64,000 nucleotides of DNA, taken from the NCBI GenBank assembly GCA_965645245.1, contig OZ287072.1:2232001-2296000 (forward strand), read 5' to 3'. A model generated the notes under the pieces. The model did no database searches. It was not told the DNA's origin and saw nothing but the letters and a program-made list of their open reading frames with translations. Positions 1 to 13,097 of this stretch are shown one piece after another. Numbering within the stretch: the stretch's first letter is position 1; each line of letters begins with the position of its first letter. This DNA comes from Massalongia carnosa. Lineage: Eukaryota. The position numbers and the translations under genes are program-made.

Positions 1-108
1 ATGGAGGAATCAAGAGAGAGCTGACAGTTTACTTGATTATACGTTAGGGCTTCGCTAGATCGGCAACTTTAACTTCTCTTTAACTCAAGTCCAGACTTCC
101 TTCTCGCT

Positions 109-3030
109 ATGTCGGACGAAAATGCTTCACAAACCCTGTCGACCCTGACCACCGCCACAACCTCGTCCCAAATTACCGGGAAGCGAAAACGCGTGGAATC
201 CGCAGACGAGGTCGTGGACCCAAGGGATGCTCAGGATGGTGGTGACACTCCAGGAAAGGGGAGTGAGAATCTTCAAGAGTTTCTCTTGGATATTATAGAG
301 GTCTTGAGAATGTTTGTCTCCCATTTCTCTGCTCTGGCCTGGAAGATATATATAGCCTTGTTACCGTTGAAATCAAAATGTTGCTAATTATCCTTACCGT
401 CTAGACAAGATACCAACCCATCTATATTGGAGTATCACATTGCTTCGATTATTGAGGATGAAGCTACGCATGATGCGAAGCGCACAAAGCTATCCGTACC
501 GGCGGAGAAACCTACTATCACATCCCGGGTCACGTCAGGAGCTTATATCTATATTGAGGAGGCCGCCGCAGATCTGAAGGCTGTCGTCTCCTCTCTCACC
601 TTCGAATTACAACAAAAGGCTTCTATATTTAAAGAGCAGCGCTTATTCAATCATGCGCGTGAGCTTTACTCCGAGATTTCCAGGGTGTCCTCTTTCAGGA
701 AAACATTTGACAATCTCATCCTCCGAGAGAGGATACAGAGGCCCCAATTCTTTCAGCTTATGAACCCAAATGGCGAGAGCGCCCCAAATAAAATCACTAC
801 GATTTACGATAGCAGTCACGGCCTAATATCGGGCAACAGCGAAGACACCAGCGGAAGAGCCGTACTGACATTGTATGGGAGTGCACCACAACCTAAGCAG
901 CTCTTCTCCAGCTTGCAACAGCCGCTTAGTGCAGGCTCGAAGCCTTCAAAGCTTCAAGGCGACAATAATAGCCTTCTTGATTCCTCGAACGGTTCTAACA
1001 GCACGACAACATCAATCGCAACCAGAGAGTCAATTAGGGAGCACGCCTTGCCCAATGGTATTACGGTCACCAAAGTTATTCCCACGCACAGTTCTGATTC
1101 ATTTGATGAGAAAAAGAAAAGGAAGATTCCAACTCTTGGAGAACTGTTTCCTTCTCCTCCAACACAGACACCTCTAAACCCCCCTAAGCAGTCGAGGCAC
1201 ACCACTACAAGAAGCTCGTCTGTAAATTGGTACAATGCGTCAGAGTCAATACCCTCGAGTCGGCCACATCGTCGTGATAGCTATAGCATGCAGCCTCTAT
1301 CTACCGGGCAATGGTTAACATACAATGCCATGTCTCCTCCAACCCAGGCCTCCTCTCCCGAAACAAAACGCAAACAGCGAGACCGAGCCTTAAGTTCTGG
1401 TGAAACTCAATCTGAGTTATCTGAAGAAGCCATTGTGTTGCCCAGCCAGGCTAAAGAAGATGCTCTATTTCGCCGTGTTTATTCAAGTTTTGCTCCAGAT
1501 AGAGACAATGCTGGTGCTCTGATACCAACGTACACGAAGAATAGACTCTGGTGGAAACGAGTTGGAGAGGCTAAGTACCATGAAGTGATCGAATCGAACT
1601 ATCCACCACTTCCAGGTGAAGAATTTGGAGAAGTAAACGGCGTAATAGAACGGGCCAATGCTACCGGGGAGGATGATTTTGATGGAGTCCTGGATGATTG
1701 GACACCTGAGGAACTTCCACCAGAATTGAAGGAGACAAAACCTGTTGTTATTGAGCCGCCTCAAACCACCAAGGAGGTTGACGAGATCTTAGAGGGAATA
1801 TCCGAGCTTCTCGAGACACTAAACTCCTATCAACGGGTCAGAAACCTATCGTTGATCACCAATACGCGCTCATCAGCAAACCCTCAACCCGCTTCAATAG
1901 TTGGTACACCCAGCAGTCCTTCATCTGCTGAGTTCGACGTCTTCGGCTTGTTGCAATCACAGCTAGCAATGATGGTTTCTACTTTGCCACCCTTTGCATT
2001 GGCCAAACTAGATGGAGATAAACTAGGTGCGCTGAACATCAGCAATAAGATTCAGGTGCAGGATAAGCATTACAGCGGTACAATGGAAGAGGATGAAGCC
2101 GTTGTAAAGCCCAAGCACATGTCTACAACGCCAGCGGCCAGCTATCCATCACGGAGTATGAACCCAAACCTAAGCGTACCTACACGTAGTAATGGCTACC
2201 TCCATAACACATCTACTCCTACACAGCCGGTTTCGCGTCCGAACTTTGCGACACAACCGAGACCAGCGAGCAATGCCGCTTCCTATCTCCCGAATCAGCA
2301 GTACTCCAGCCGACCTGCATCTTCCAATCACTATTTCTCAGGCACTTCGCAGTCCTCATACTCCCCACGGCCTATAGTGAATACATCGGAGCGCTATTCA
2401 TATTCCGCTTCGCAACAACACAATCAGCGGCCTGCTCAGTCGTCCCAACACCAACAAAGCAATGGGTACCGCGCGTACCCTGCTCAAAGTGGCCCATCGT
2501 TCAGTCAGCAATACTCGGCTCCAACGCAAGGAGGCTCGTCCACAACCCTTCCAGCCCAGAACACACAAACTCAACGGCCAAGTCAGCCAGGCTACCAGCA
2601 GCGGGCAATGAATTCTCAGTCCTACGGTTCGGGACCTAGCTCTTCAGTCAGAGATACGCCGCCATCCAAAGCCGCTGGGGCGTTTAGTCCCCAGCAGCGC
2701 TCAGCATTTCCAAATCAAGGGCAAACATCAGGTCAAGCGCGTCCACAACTCTATCATCAGCACTCAACTTCTTATGGGTCCCAGGTTGCGGTGCCACGAC
2801 AAGTCAACGGTGCTAGCGCCACGCTCTCTAGTAAGCAGCCTACACACATGACTGCAGAGGAGCAATCTGCTCTGATGAATCGTCAAAAGGCACAACTCGC
2901 CGAGCAACAAATCACGGCGGCCAAGCAAGGATCCGGCACTCCACAGCCTACCCACGGGCACTATAACGGCCAACAGAACGGGACGCCTGTAGTGCAGCAG
3001 AACGGAGTGATGACAGGGCAGAGGAAATAG
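109..3030 (+). CDS. Conserved fungal nuclear protein, probably RSC chromatin-remodelling subunit Rsc58-like; 2 exons (109-311, 405-3030)
   Basis: Intron 312-404 (GTTTGT...GCTAAT...CTAG) joins ORF 109 in frame to the 867-aa ORF (LRI-QDTNPSILEY). The motif VYSSFAPDRD resembles the SFAP motif of Rsc58/BRD7-9-type proteins. The C-terminus is Q/S/P-rich low complexity. Confidence 0.75.
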
Positions 3031-4779
3031 ACGGTTATGATTGGGCAGGGTACGGGTTAATGGGGTCCCGTGGTGTTTCTCTTGCGTGAGGGCAAAGCTT
3101 GATCCGGCGACCTTTCCATTGCCAGCATTTTACAGCCATTCGCGAGTGACAGAGTAAAGTTCGCCGTTATCGCGGGAGTGGGTTGGGTGCGCCCGGGAGG
3201 GCCTATGGGTGGAGGGTTCTTCTTCCATGTACCTATAATACCTGCCACAGCCTCATAGATGGATGATTGTTTTGCTTCTCCTCTTGTTCCCTGGATCCAG
3301 GCAATGTGTGACCACGTCATTGACTCGATCTCGGCGATTCAGTACAGAGTACAAAGTACAGCTGGGGGATCGCGCTCGCACAGCACCTATGACGGATGCA
3401 GCAGTGCGTGTTGATAGGTTGCCTCACACTCCGTCTACGTTGAACAGCCGGTGTATCCCATCAGGCACAGGCGATTGGGTCCCGTACTCTGCACTGCAGC
3501 AGGACGGATACCGAGACCGAGTAGAATAGCTACTGACGATTACGGGGAATACATATAACTATGCACCGAGCAGTTACTATTTTTGAGTCGATCGTCGTGG
3601 CATTCTGTGCTCCGTACCTATACCAAGCACCGTATCACATTTCCACGTAAGGTGTTGGACGTGGACAGGGTGAAGGGTACAAGGATTGGGGGGGAAGGGG
3701 GAGGAGGGGTATGAAAGTGGCTGACCTTTCCGTGTAGTCTCCCGCCGCCTCCTTGAATCACTTTTGGGGCAAACCGTGGCCGTTAAGTTTGACTAACCCG
3801 TCAGTCCATCACAGAACTTGGTTAACTTGACGCGTTGGGTTAGACTGCCAAGAGTCCTTGGCGTCTAGTCCTTTTTTAAAAGTCCCGTGACGTCCCATTC
3901 CCGATTCGTTCCCAACTCTGTAACATGTCAGGCAAACACCGCCCGCGCTTTCCTTTCCCTCCCAGTCCTCGGCCCCATCACAGGTCCAGAGGAGAAAGGG
4001 AGAAAGATGCTGCAATGCAGTCCCAAGATGCGGAAAAGCAGCAGCAAGGAACGATTCGCAACACTGCAAGAATAATTGCTTCGATGGGATTATCGCATCA
4101 TACATGCGATGATGTTCTCTATGCGGCCTCCTGCAGCACCCAAGAGCATCAATGTTTCCAATTGGTGGGTAGGTGGATGGCGTGCAGAAGGGGTGGATGG
4201 GGTCAGAATAGATGGGAAGACAAGCCCAGAGAATGACAATGCCCGCCGATTAGAGGGCACTATGTACCCCGTACTCCGTTCTCTTTGGCTAGATGATTTT
4301 ACCTTGCCCGACTGCTCTTAGGATTCACATCGATATTCTTAGTCCCTGTTCTTGTTGGGTACGAACATCTAACAAGCATATACCGAGTTCTGCCGCCAAC
4401 TTAACCCTCCCTTCAGCCTTCCTTTGTTTCATCCTTCTTCCATCATCTCAGCCTTCATCCCCCACCCTCCTTTCCTCTTCACCCCGCTGTGTGCCTTGCC
4501 TCCCCCGTTCTCGTTGTCTCAGCTTGTCTCGCTTGGATCGTGATTTTCGATTTTCTTTTGAGGATGCAATTGCTGGTGCTGCTTCGACTCTCCCACCCCA
4601 AAAGCCGATTGAGGAGAAGCAACCTCCAAATAAAGCAAGGCATTAGGGGCCGAAATATCTATTGATATCCCTCACGATTCCTTCTCGTATGTTACAAGAT
4701 TCTAGTTTCTCTGACCATCACAATTGATCCCAAAGGTTCTCGTCGTTCGCGGAATTCTCATTGGCACTGAAGATTCAGC

Positions 4780-6495
4780 ATGCCCCATATGAAGGATTCC
4801 CGCCGTCGTCATTCGAGACAGGCCTCACACTCAAAGGCTCTGAGCCCTCCTTCGACTGTCTCGGTCCTTTCCACTAGCACCAGTGGAAGCAACTCCACAG
4901 TCACCCCAGAACGCCCATTCCAGTCGAGTCTCCGCCCTTCCAAGCGCCTTGAGCCAAAAGAACTCGTCATGAAGGAGCCGACCCCTCCCGATGTGGTGCA
5001 TAACGGAAGCAGTGAGCACCATTCGGACAAGGAGAATTTTGACGTGTTTGCCTTTATGGAAAAGGATGAAAAAGAGGTGGAGAGCGATACCGAGGAAGAC
5101 GAAGAGGACGGTACTCCGGAGGATGCTGCCGACGAAGCGACATCGACAACCTCTACTTCTTCAAGCATAGACATTTCCTCTCCGCGAGCTTCGGAGGTGA
5201 TTAAGCCGGCAACTGAGAACGTGCGGACCGAGGAGCCACGCAATTGGCGCAAGGAGAAATCTCGGGTAGGCAGCCTTCATTCGGATTCCGGGATATCGGT
5301 GCGCTCGAGCAGTCCGGAACGAGAGTCGCCAGTTCCACGACACAAATATCCAGCGATCCGAAGACCCAATTCTTCGGCTGGACAGATGCCGCCCGCGGTT
5401 TATCCAGCATATCATGCTCTGACGAATTCCCCAGAAACATATGGGGTCCGTACTTCTGCCTACCCGAGGGATTGGTCAACTTCTGCCAATCCGTTGGAAA
5501 ATCCCGAGGCTTATTATGGATCAGCTCGGCCTGTGGTCACAAAAACCGTGCAACGAGCCAGGCCTCCGGTCACAGAGCCGTATGCAAGACGCGGTCAGCA
5601 GCTGGTACGGGGACCACCGGCGCTCCAGGTCCCGAAGACGAGATCAAAGTCTGGCTATGATATGCTTGCCTCTGCCATTAGCCCACGAGGCGATGCCCTT
5701 TTGAAACCGATTTATCGTAAATTCGAAACTCTTAACCACCGTATTTTGTTGTATCTACAGGACGAGATCTCCGAAATGGAAGCCGACCTTCGCGAACTCG
5801 ACCACGCCATCGCAATGGAAGATGAGGCTTTAGGGAAGAAACATGCTTCGAGACGAGCGGAAGGCAAATTGCCTACTCGCTTACAGTGGCACAGGTTCGA
5901 TCTGTTGGGACGGAGCTATACGAAGGTTGAGCAATACAGTGAGTGGTTGTTCGGGTATGTTAGTAGAAAGAAGGACCTAACACCCCTTCTAGACCGTGCG
6001 CTCTCGTCCTACAGCAACTTCACGAAAAGCCTCGAGCCTGCTTCGCACGCAGACATAAATGCTTACCGGGAATGGATCACCGAGCACGCCCCTATCGTAG
6101 AGCACGAAGCTGCTTTCCTGCATAACGAAGCCGACTTGATTGCCGTAACGATGCAAAACAGTGTATCGTCCTCATCGACATACCCGAGCTCCCGCAACGA
6201 GTTGGAGAGTCCCATCATCATCGTGGCAGCCACTCTCGTCTCCACCATCATCGTGTTTAAGGTTGTACCGCAGATTCTCGCCCGACTTGTTATCAGCGCT
6301 CTGGTTGGCATAGCGTCGCTGTGTACATTATCGCCGTCGGTGTTGTCCAATCCCAGTAGCATTCGGGATTGGGGGAGGGGTATTTCCATGTATGTAATTA
6401 ATCCTATCCATACATCGGGTTTGGTAACGGGGTGCTGACGGGCGTATTCTAGCTACACTGCAGTGATGTTGATGCTTGCTATTGTTGTGGCTTGA
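4780..6495 (+). CDS. DUF6594-domain membrane protein; 3 exons (introns 5939-5992, 6390-6452)
   Basis: Motif IYRKFETLNHRILLYLQDEISEME; splicing restores VEQYNRAL; C-terminal hydrophobic helices end YTAVMLMLAIVVA*. Donors are canonical (GTGAGT, GTATGT) and acceptors are TAG. Confidence 0.85.
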
Positions 6496-7479
6496 ATTTA
6501 TAGGCCACTTTAAGGACGTTGATCTCAAGGTTCTTGAAAACCGGGGATTTCACCCAAGGTAAATTGTTGTCGTTTATCGCAATCGGAAAGATTAAAATCC
6601 GTTCATGGGCAACTCGGAGCGGTTGGCCACTTTCCATCCATCGCAAGACCTTACGAATTATGCAATCTCCTTCCCGAAGGGCGAGCCAATGGAAGGGTCT
6701 TAGCGCCTCAGAAATTCCGTTCCAATTTACGGTGCATATATAAAGTTGTTCTGAGTGTTCTCTATTTAATGCGGTATGTGGCGGGCTATGACAAACTAGA
6801 TCTCTACGGCAGGTTCCCACGACACGGACACGATGTACGTCCGCACCGGTCCTCGCCTCAATGACTAGAGAGTATGGATATTAATCCTACCTAATCGTAT
6901 AGAACAGGACTAGAACGCCATGTATAAATATATTCTCTCTTTATGCTGGATTTAGTTCTCCGGCTGTATTAGGAATGGGACGCGGGCGCGGGCAACGGCA
7001 TTTTATAACATGTTATTATTCACATCAAGAGTAGGGATTTTCAGGAAAAAGGCAATGGGGTTGGGAAGGGGAGTCGGCCTTGGCTAGAAATGGGTTGGAC
7101 GGGCATGAAACATCTGGCAGGCAATTGGAAATAGGCGTTTCTTTTTGGGGCGAAACCCGAGATATATCACTTTGGGATTTTACGGCAAGAGGAAAGCCGT
7201 CATTTTCTTTCTTTGCTTTTCCGCACCTCTTCATACTAAACGATTCCTTCTTCTTGTATATACCTTTATACCCCAAATTTAGGGTTGAAAGTTATCGTTT
7301 TCGATCGAAAAAGGGAGCAGAAATCGCTTTAGAGTGAACAACGAGGGAGTAGGGGAGAACACCGAGAGAGCACTGAGTAATCGTGAAGGAGCGCTAGGGG
7401 GACAATGCAGGGGCGTAACAGATAGGAGTCTTAAAATGGCCCCCTCGGCCATCGGCTCGAGCTTCCCTCATTCCACGTC

Positions 7480-8759
7480 AATCGCCCAAACTTAGCCATT
7501 TCTAGCGCCCTTGATAACTCTGTCCGCCCTGCGAAACTGACAGAAACCTGCCCGGGCATTAGCAAAGTGCCACGTGGAGCGAGCGCGACAGGATAGTGTG
7601 GTGCGACAGGATAGTGTGTAGTCTGCTGATGAGTTCCGATAGGATTCTGGATAGTCGATGGATGCGGGGCTTATTCACGGAAGTGACACGAGTCGCGGCT
7701 GAAGTGCGACAGAAGGTAGGATTGACACGGCACTGTTCACAAGTGCCAGAAGATTCTTCGCGCGCACGAAGATGCTTTCTCCTTGTTCAGCTGGAGCAGT
7801 CGACAACTGGCCTGAGCTGCCTGCATGCTTGGTCATGGAGGGGTGTTATGACATTTCTGTAGCTAGAGCTACATAGATGCACTCACTGCCGTTGCTACAA
7901 ACGCCGCATGGATCTGTCGCCACCGTCGAACGCTCAGCAGGGGATTCACTGTGGAAATGGTGGCATCCTTCGATCTTTGAGATGCGAGCTGAGCTGTGAA
8001 ATCGATCTCGTCCTCCTCAAAGCCTTGTGCATCGCCACCCTAGCGCAAGCGTTTTACATCCAAGTTCATGAGGGGCGAATGCGGACGCTTTCGAGTTTGG
8101 ATTTTCGGCACCATCTGCAGCTCCGGGTGGAGTAAAAAACTCTTCGACGCACTGGCAGCTCAAGTCCTTATCGCACCCACCGCAGGTGAGGCCATCAACA
8201 CTTGTGTCTGGCCTGGATTATCGATTTGGAGGCTCATCCGTTCTGTGGTTTCGAGGCGGTAATCTGACAGTCTTCGCTTTCATGAGTTCCCTTCATTGTC
8301 TCGCTCTCCATCTTTACTTACTATCTAGCCCATTTTTCCTTCTCGTAAGGCGTCTCCAGCTCTACCTTTTTTCTACTCGTAGCGTGAGACCAAGTTGATG
8401 TAGTTCTAGATATCATTCTGTAGCTGCTCTACAGCTCGTCTGAGCTCATTGTTTTCCTTTAGAGATTCTTCCTGAAAGTCTTTGAGCTGCCCCCTCCAAC
8501 TCTCCAACTCGAGCAGCGCGGCATTTCGAGATGCCCTTTGTGCCTCTCGAATTTGAGCTTTTCGCTTGGTTGATGGAACATCGTCTGCCGACTTGCGGCC
8601 TGGATTTGGACGTGGCGGAGTGTTCCATTGTTTGCTTATAAAAGTCGCATTGGACAGATTCGAGCCCGGGGTTGGTGCAATAGGGGTGTGCATATTTACT
8701 GTGGCGGGCGTGAAAGGTGTGAGGATGTAGGGGTGGCGTGACAATAAGCTGCTGCCATA
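7480..8759 (-). pseudogene. hapX: Degenerate copy of the bZIP iron-homeostasis regulator HapX
   Basis: HapX modules appear in the correct order across several frames: Hap4-like/bZIP SKQWNTPPRPNPGRK..PSTKRKAQIREAQRA..RAARVGELE, Cys-rich TCGGCDKDLSCQCVEE, KRPHSP, EDEIDFT, DPCGVCSNGSECI and SGTCEQCRVNPTFCRT. Frameshifts occur in the basic region and stops at 8406-8408 and 8040-8042. Ends are approximate. Confidence 0.85.
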
Positions 8760-11078
8760 TTGCTGGCCAAGTAAAGTTTTTATCAGCTTCAAAATCTGTT
8801 GAAGTACTGCTCCATTCAGAAAGTGAGTATGTCCATCGGCTTTATGGGAGAGACTGATTGGCTTAACGGAGACTTGAGAAACAGACGCGGATGTGCGAAT
8901 GCCTCCACCTGGGCTTCATCGCTCCTCCGATGTCGCTTCTCTAGTTGTCACCCGCTTCCATAATTACTGACAGCGTCTAGCAAACTGAAATTGCAAAATC
9001 ATGTACATCTTGAAGATTTGTGCATTGGTATAATGATTTGTTGTTGAACAACTCAAATGGAGTCTTGTTTTGCGCCCGCAACTTTCTCATAAGCCAGTTC
9101 AAATTTTGGATATCATCTTTTGACGATGCCTTGACCTATGCCAGTCGCTATAACTTCCTTGCCAGTTATCCAAGCTTGCTTTTCATCTTTCACCAACCCT
9201 CTAAACCTTACCTTTCATGGCAGCGTGATGGAAAATAACGTGGGCCGACGTTGTTTGTTTCGTCCGCAGAAACTACTAAAGTAGAAGTTGCGAGTCAAAG
9301 CCTACGGAGTCCAGAGCACCCGGGTACTAGCGAAATATAGCCTCGCTCCACTGGCCCCGGCGCTGAATGCGGATAATTATTATGCTGCTGGTGAGTTTAT
9401 TCATCCCCTTCGTCTTCTCGAAACTTCAGATTCCATGAGAGTATCTAGTGCACAAAATTGTTTCAAAGCCTTATTGTTTGAGCTCATTTTGGATGGATAT
9501 GCTAGGGAAGCTCTGGATCTGTCTGGCTGCCATTGATGTAGCCTGGACGAATGATGGTATACAGAAGCGGAAAAGGAGCGCGGGTTCTTAAGCCCTGAGT
9601 AGATGAACAGTTATTCTGAAAAATTTCGAGATAAAGAAAAGTTTCTTTTAGAGTCGTAGGCTGAAGCTTCGTGGCGCTTGTCTCTAACTTTCTGTCTTCG
9701 CCCGGAAAGTAGCTTGCGACTTCTTTTCTTTTCCGAAACCATTTCACCACCTATCACTAGTCAGGTAACCTGGAATGCTTAGCATCACAAGATCCTTCAT
9801 CCAGACAGTAAAATCCTATCTTCGCCCACGCACAGCATCCCTGCATAGCAGTACACAACTTCTTTCAGCAAGAACCTTCATATCCAAACTGTGAATCCTT
9901 ATGTACGCTTTCTTCAATTCTACAATCAGACCCCTTTCAATAGCTCATACCGAACAGACCCAGGGGGCCTATCCTATACGCAGTTATTCTTCATCGGTGC
10001 CGTCTCCGGACTTGTGAGCGCCATCGAGCGACACTAGCTCCGCCAAAACGTATTCGTAAGGCGATAGAAGAACACAATAGCCAAAAAAAATACACAAGAA
10101 TGAAAAATCAATTTGATCGAGTAGATCGAGGAGTACACAAAAAGGATAGAGGCTACCCGGCAGAAAATGGAGAGGAACGTTGAGGTCCTACAGGAGGAGG
10201 AAAGGGAGATAGAGATAACACGGCAGATTACAAGGGAGATTCAAGATGCGAATGCAGAACTTTGTGGCAGAATAGGTGTCTGGAGGGGTCTCTACAAGAT
10301 ACACGTGAAGGTTGACCGGAATATATGTAGATATAGAGTTCTCCCTACCAAACCGAATTACCTCATGTTCTGCCCCGATGCTCTGCAAAGGTGCCCAACG
10401 CCCCTAATGCTTTTGTACTTTGCCGACCTTATGTCATGTCCACTTTCCCTCATCTTCATGTACGTTCATGACTGGGAGGGACGGTCGCGGTTAAGAATGA
10501 AAGTGCGGGTTGCGGCCAAAGGAGACGAGATATTCACGATTCTTGTTTCCTTACATTATCATTCAGACTTTGAGAATTTGAATCTTTCGAATGATCATAG
10601 AAGGACTGATTACCGTGACTATCTTGATTGGGAGTTGTCATCGAATTTCTGTACTTTGGTATCTCTCAAGGTCTTGTGCGTCATGCTTCTTCAATAGGAC
10701 ACTAAGGAACCATAGTCTGCCTTTCAGCAATCTCTGCGAGAGTAGCTTAATCAAGAACGCCGTCGGTCCGTCCCAGTCTACTTGAAGCGCTTGCTGGCTC
10801 GCGACAACGATATGCCCTTCGTTTTTTTCTCCTGAGAACAAGATCGTCAGAACGCTCGAATAGCCTATTCGTCTGATATTCTGGTACTTCCAGAAGCATA
10901 GTTACCCTAGGATTAATGATGGCGTTCAAGTTGGTGCAGATATTTGGCTGGTTGGGGTCATAGATGCGGGCCTGAAACATTACTGCATCCAGCGGCTCTC
11001 CGAATGAACAATTGTATACTTGCATGCTGCGGCCCTCGGAGCGAGAGTCTGATGCAATTCGATTCGATACGCAAAGAT

Positions 11079-12150
11079 CTAGTTGATTGTGTGATATCCT
11101 TGTGGCAGTTTGGAGGAGAGTGCGGGGGTTGACGTCTTGGTCCAGTTAACATTCCAGGTTGGCCTTACGCTCATAGCATCGAAGACCTCAGATCCTTGCA
11201 CAAAGGGACCATCATCGTCTACTCTCCTCCTAAGGATGCATTGTTCATCGTCGAGTTCATAGACCCGCTTAAAAGCATCTGGGCCAACGCTGATTAGTTG
11301 ACCTCTAGAGTATTCACCTTCTGCTCCCTTGGCTTCATTATTGTCACTATTCTCGCTGCTACTACCTGATCTAAGGACTTCTAAATTTTCTTGTGATTTC
11401 CTTTTATGAGGTTGCAAGCTCAGGTTTTTTAGCTCTGCGACATTAAAATTGTGAATGAAAGGTAACGAACGTCTAACAAGATCTGGGGTGAATCTACTCA
11501 CCTAGATCTATGTTGATCTCCAACCTGTCTTTGCGCTGTATAAACTTACTAACTTGTGACCGAACATATGAGAGGTATTGAGGGATGAAACTAGAGCCTA
11601 CATGAGTAGGTATCGTGATACGCTTATTTCCTCTGCCACGGGTGCCTTGGCTAAATCAATTTCTGAAACAAGAACATTCATAAGCGGAACATCATCTGCT
11701 ACTTTGGCAAGCTTAAGGGCAGTTCGGCCCTCCTTATCCCGTGCGTGCACCTCTATGCCATGCTTCAAAAGAATCGAAGCAATGCTGGCGTGACCTGCCC
11801 GCATTGCCAGATGAAGTAGCGTCTCATCAGCTTTCGTGCGGGTCAGGAGCAGATCTGCAAGATCTTCGACTTCCATGAAAGCATCCACGAATTTTGCATG
11901 ACAATCCCATACGGCCCAAGTCAATGGTGAGAACCCTTTTTTGTCTTTCTACTGGCTTGATGCCCCTTTCCTTCAGGAGTACTTTGGACGTCGTCGCATG
12001 CCCTTGCTTTGCAGCGACGTGTAAAGGTGTTTGCCGGAGAGAAGTTTCAGATGTCACAAGGGAGATCCCACGAGTTTGCAATAAAACAGTAACAGCTGGA
12101 GCATATCAAATGTGCGAAGCCACGTGCAAAGGAGTGTGGTGTTTTGGATA
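11079..12150 (-). pseudogene. Ankyrin-repeat protein, disrupted
   Basis: Ankyrin motifs TPLHVA.., RQTPLHVAAKQGH and ETLLHLAMRAGHASIASILLKHG..RDKEGRTAL are split over different frames with an internal stop. The C-terminal extent is uncertain. Confidence 0.65.
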
Positions 12151-12324
12151 CCAGTCAAAGCCTGCTTCGAGAGCATAATAAACCTCGGGTATCAAGACAA
12201 ATCATCTTCTAATCCTGCTTTTTTTGCCTCTTTCCCCCCTTTCCCTCCCTTCCCTCCCAGCCCCCCTTCTTATTCCACTCCGCCTTTAAGCCCTCTCACT
12301 CGCTTCCATCGAAGCTCGTGTTTT

Positions 12325-13097
12325 TCACTTCTGGCTAAAACTACAACCCTAAGCCAACCGTGCCTTGCCCCCCCCCCCCCCCCCGGGGGGCTGACAGAGC
12401 ACGGTTGAGCAAACACCGCAGACAACGACGGCTTGGGCGTGGGAGAATACGGTAGTGATGGTGAAGCAACCAGGGCACTTGACGTCCATGAAGAAGGAGC
12501 GGGGGGTTGGTGCTAGAGTCTGCGAACACGTTAGCAAGCGAACTGTTTGGCAGCTGTAGAGGGAGGGGAGGACAGCGTGTGGAGGAGAAATAGCGGGAAG
12601 AGAGGGTAAGTTAGGCAAGAGGAAACGGGAAGGGAGGTGAAAGGGCTGGAAGGAGAAGGGGCCGCGAGGGTAGAGGCGGAGAGAAAAGGGAACGGGAAGG
12701 GAAGGGGGAAGAAGGGAATAGGAAAAGGGCAAAGGCAGAAGAGGATGGGGAGTAAGAGGGGGAAGAAAGAGAGGGTAAAAGGGAAGAGGTAAAGGGAAAA
12801 GGAAAAGGAAGGGAGAGACGAAGGAGAAGATGTAGAGGGTGGTGATAATGGGAGAAAGGTAGTGGGAAAGAGAGAATGTGGAAAGGAAGAATAGGACCTT
12901 CAACTTATGCTTCCTCGCCTCCATCGCCAGGGTCGGGTTGAGAGGTCGACTGCTAAGACCTACACCCAAACTCATCAGCAGACACCCTTCCCCAATAAAG
13001 ATACAAGATGGCCCCATGCCAGTCGGGGAGCTAGTGGGGGACATTGTTTTTTCCATTGGGTATTGGGGTTGGGGTAGAAGGGAGGGTAGCGAACCAT
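12325..13097 (-). pseudogene. RPS27: 40S ribosomal protein S27 (eS27) unprocessed pseudogene; exons 13097-13095, 12959-12898, 12519-12325
   Basis: [73 protein letters not shown]. Exon 2 is 62 nt (1-nt deletion), the conserved Glu of TEGCSF is a TAG, and there is a poly-G expansion. Confidence 0.9.

Noticed and set aside
10167..10697. 176-aa plus-strand ORF
   Set aside because: No recognisable motif or supported splice structure; cannot distinguish a gene from a relic.
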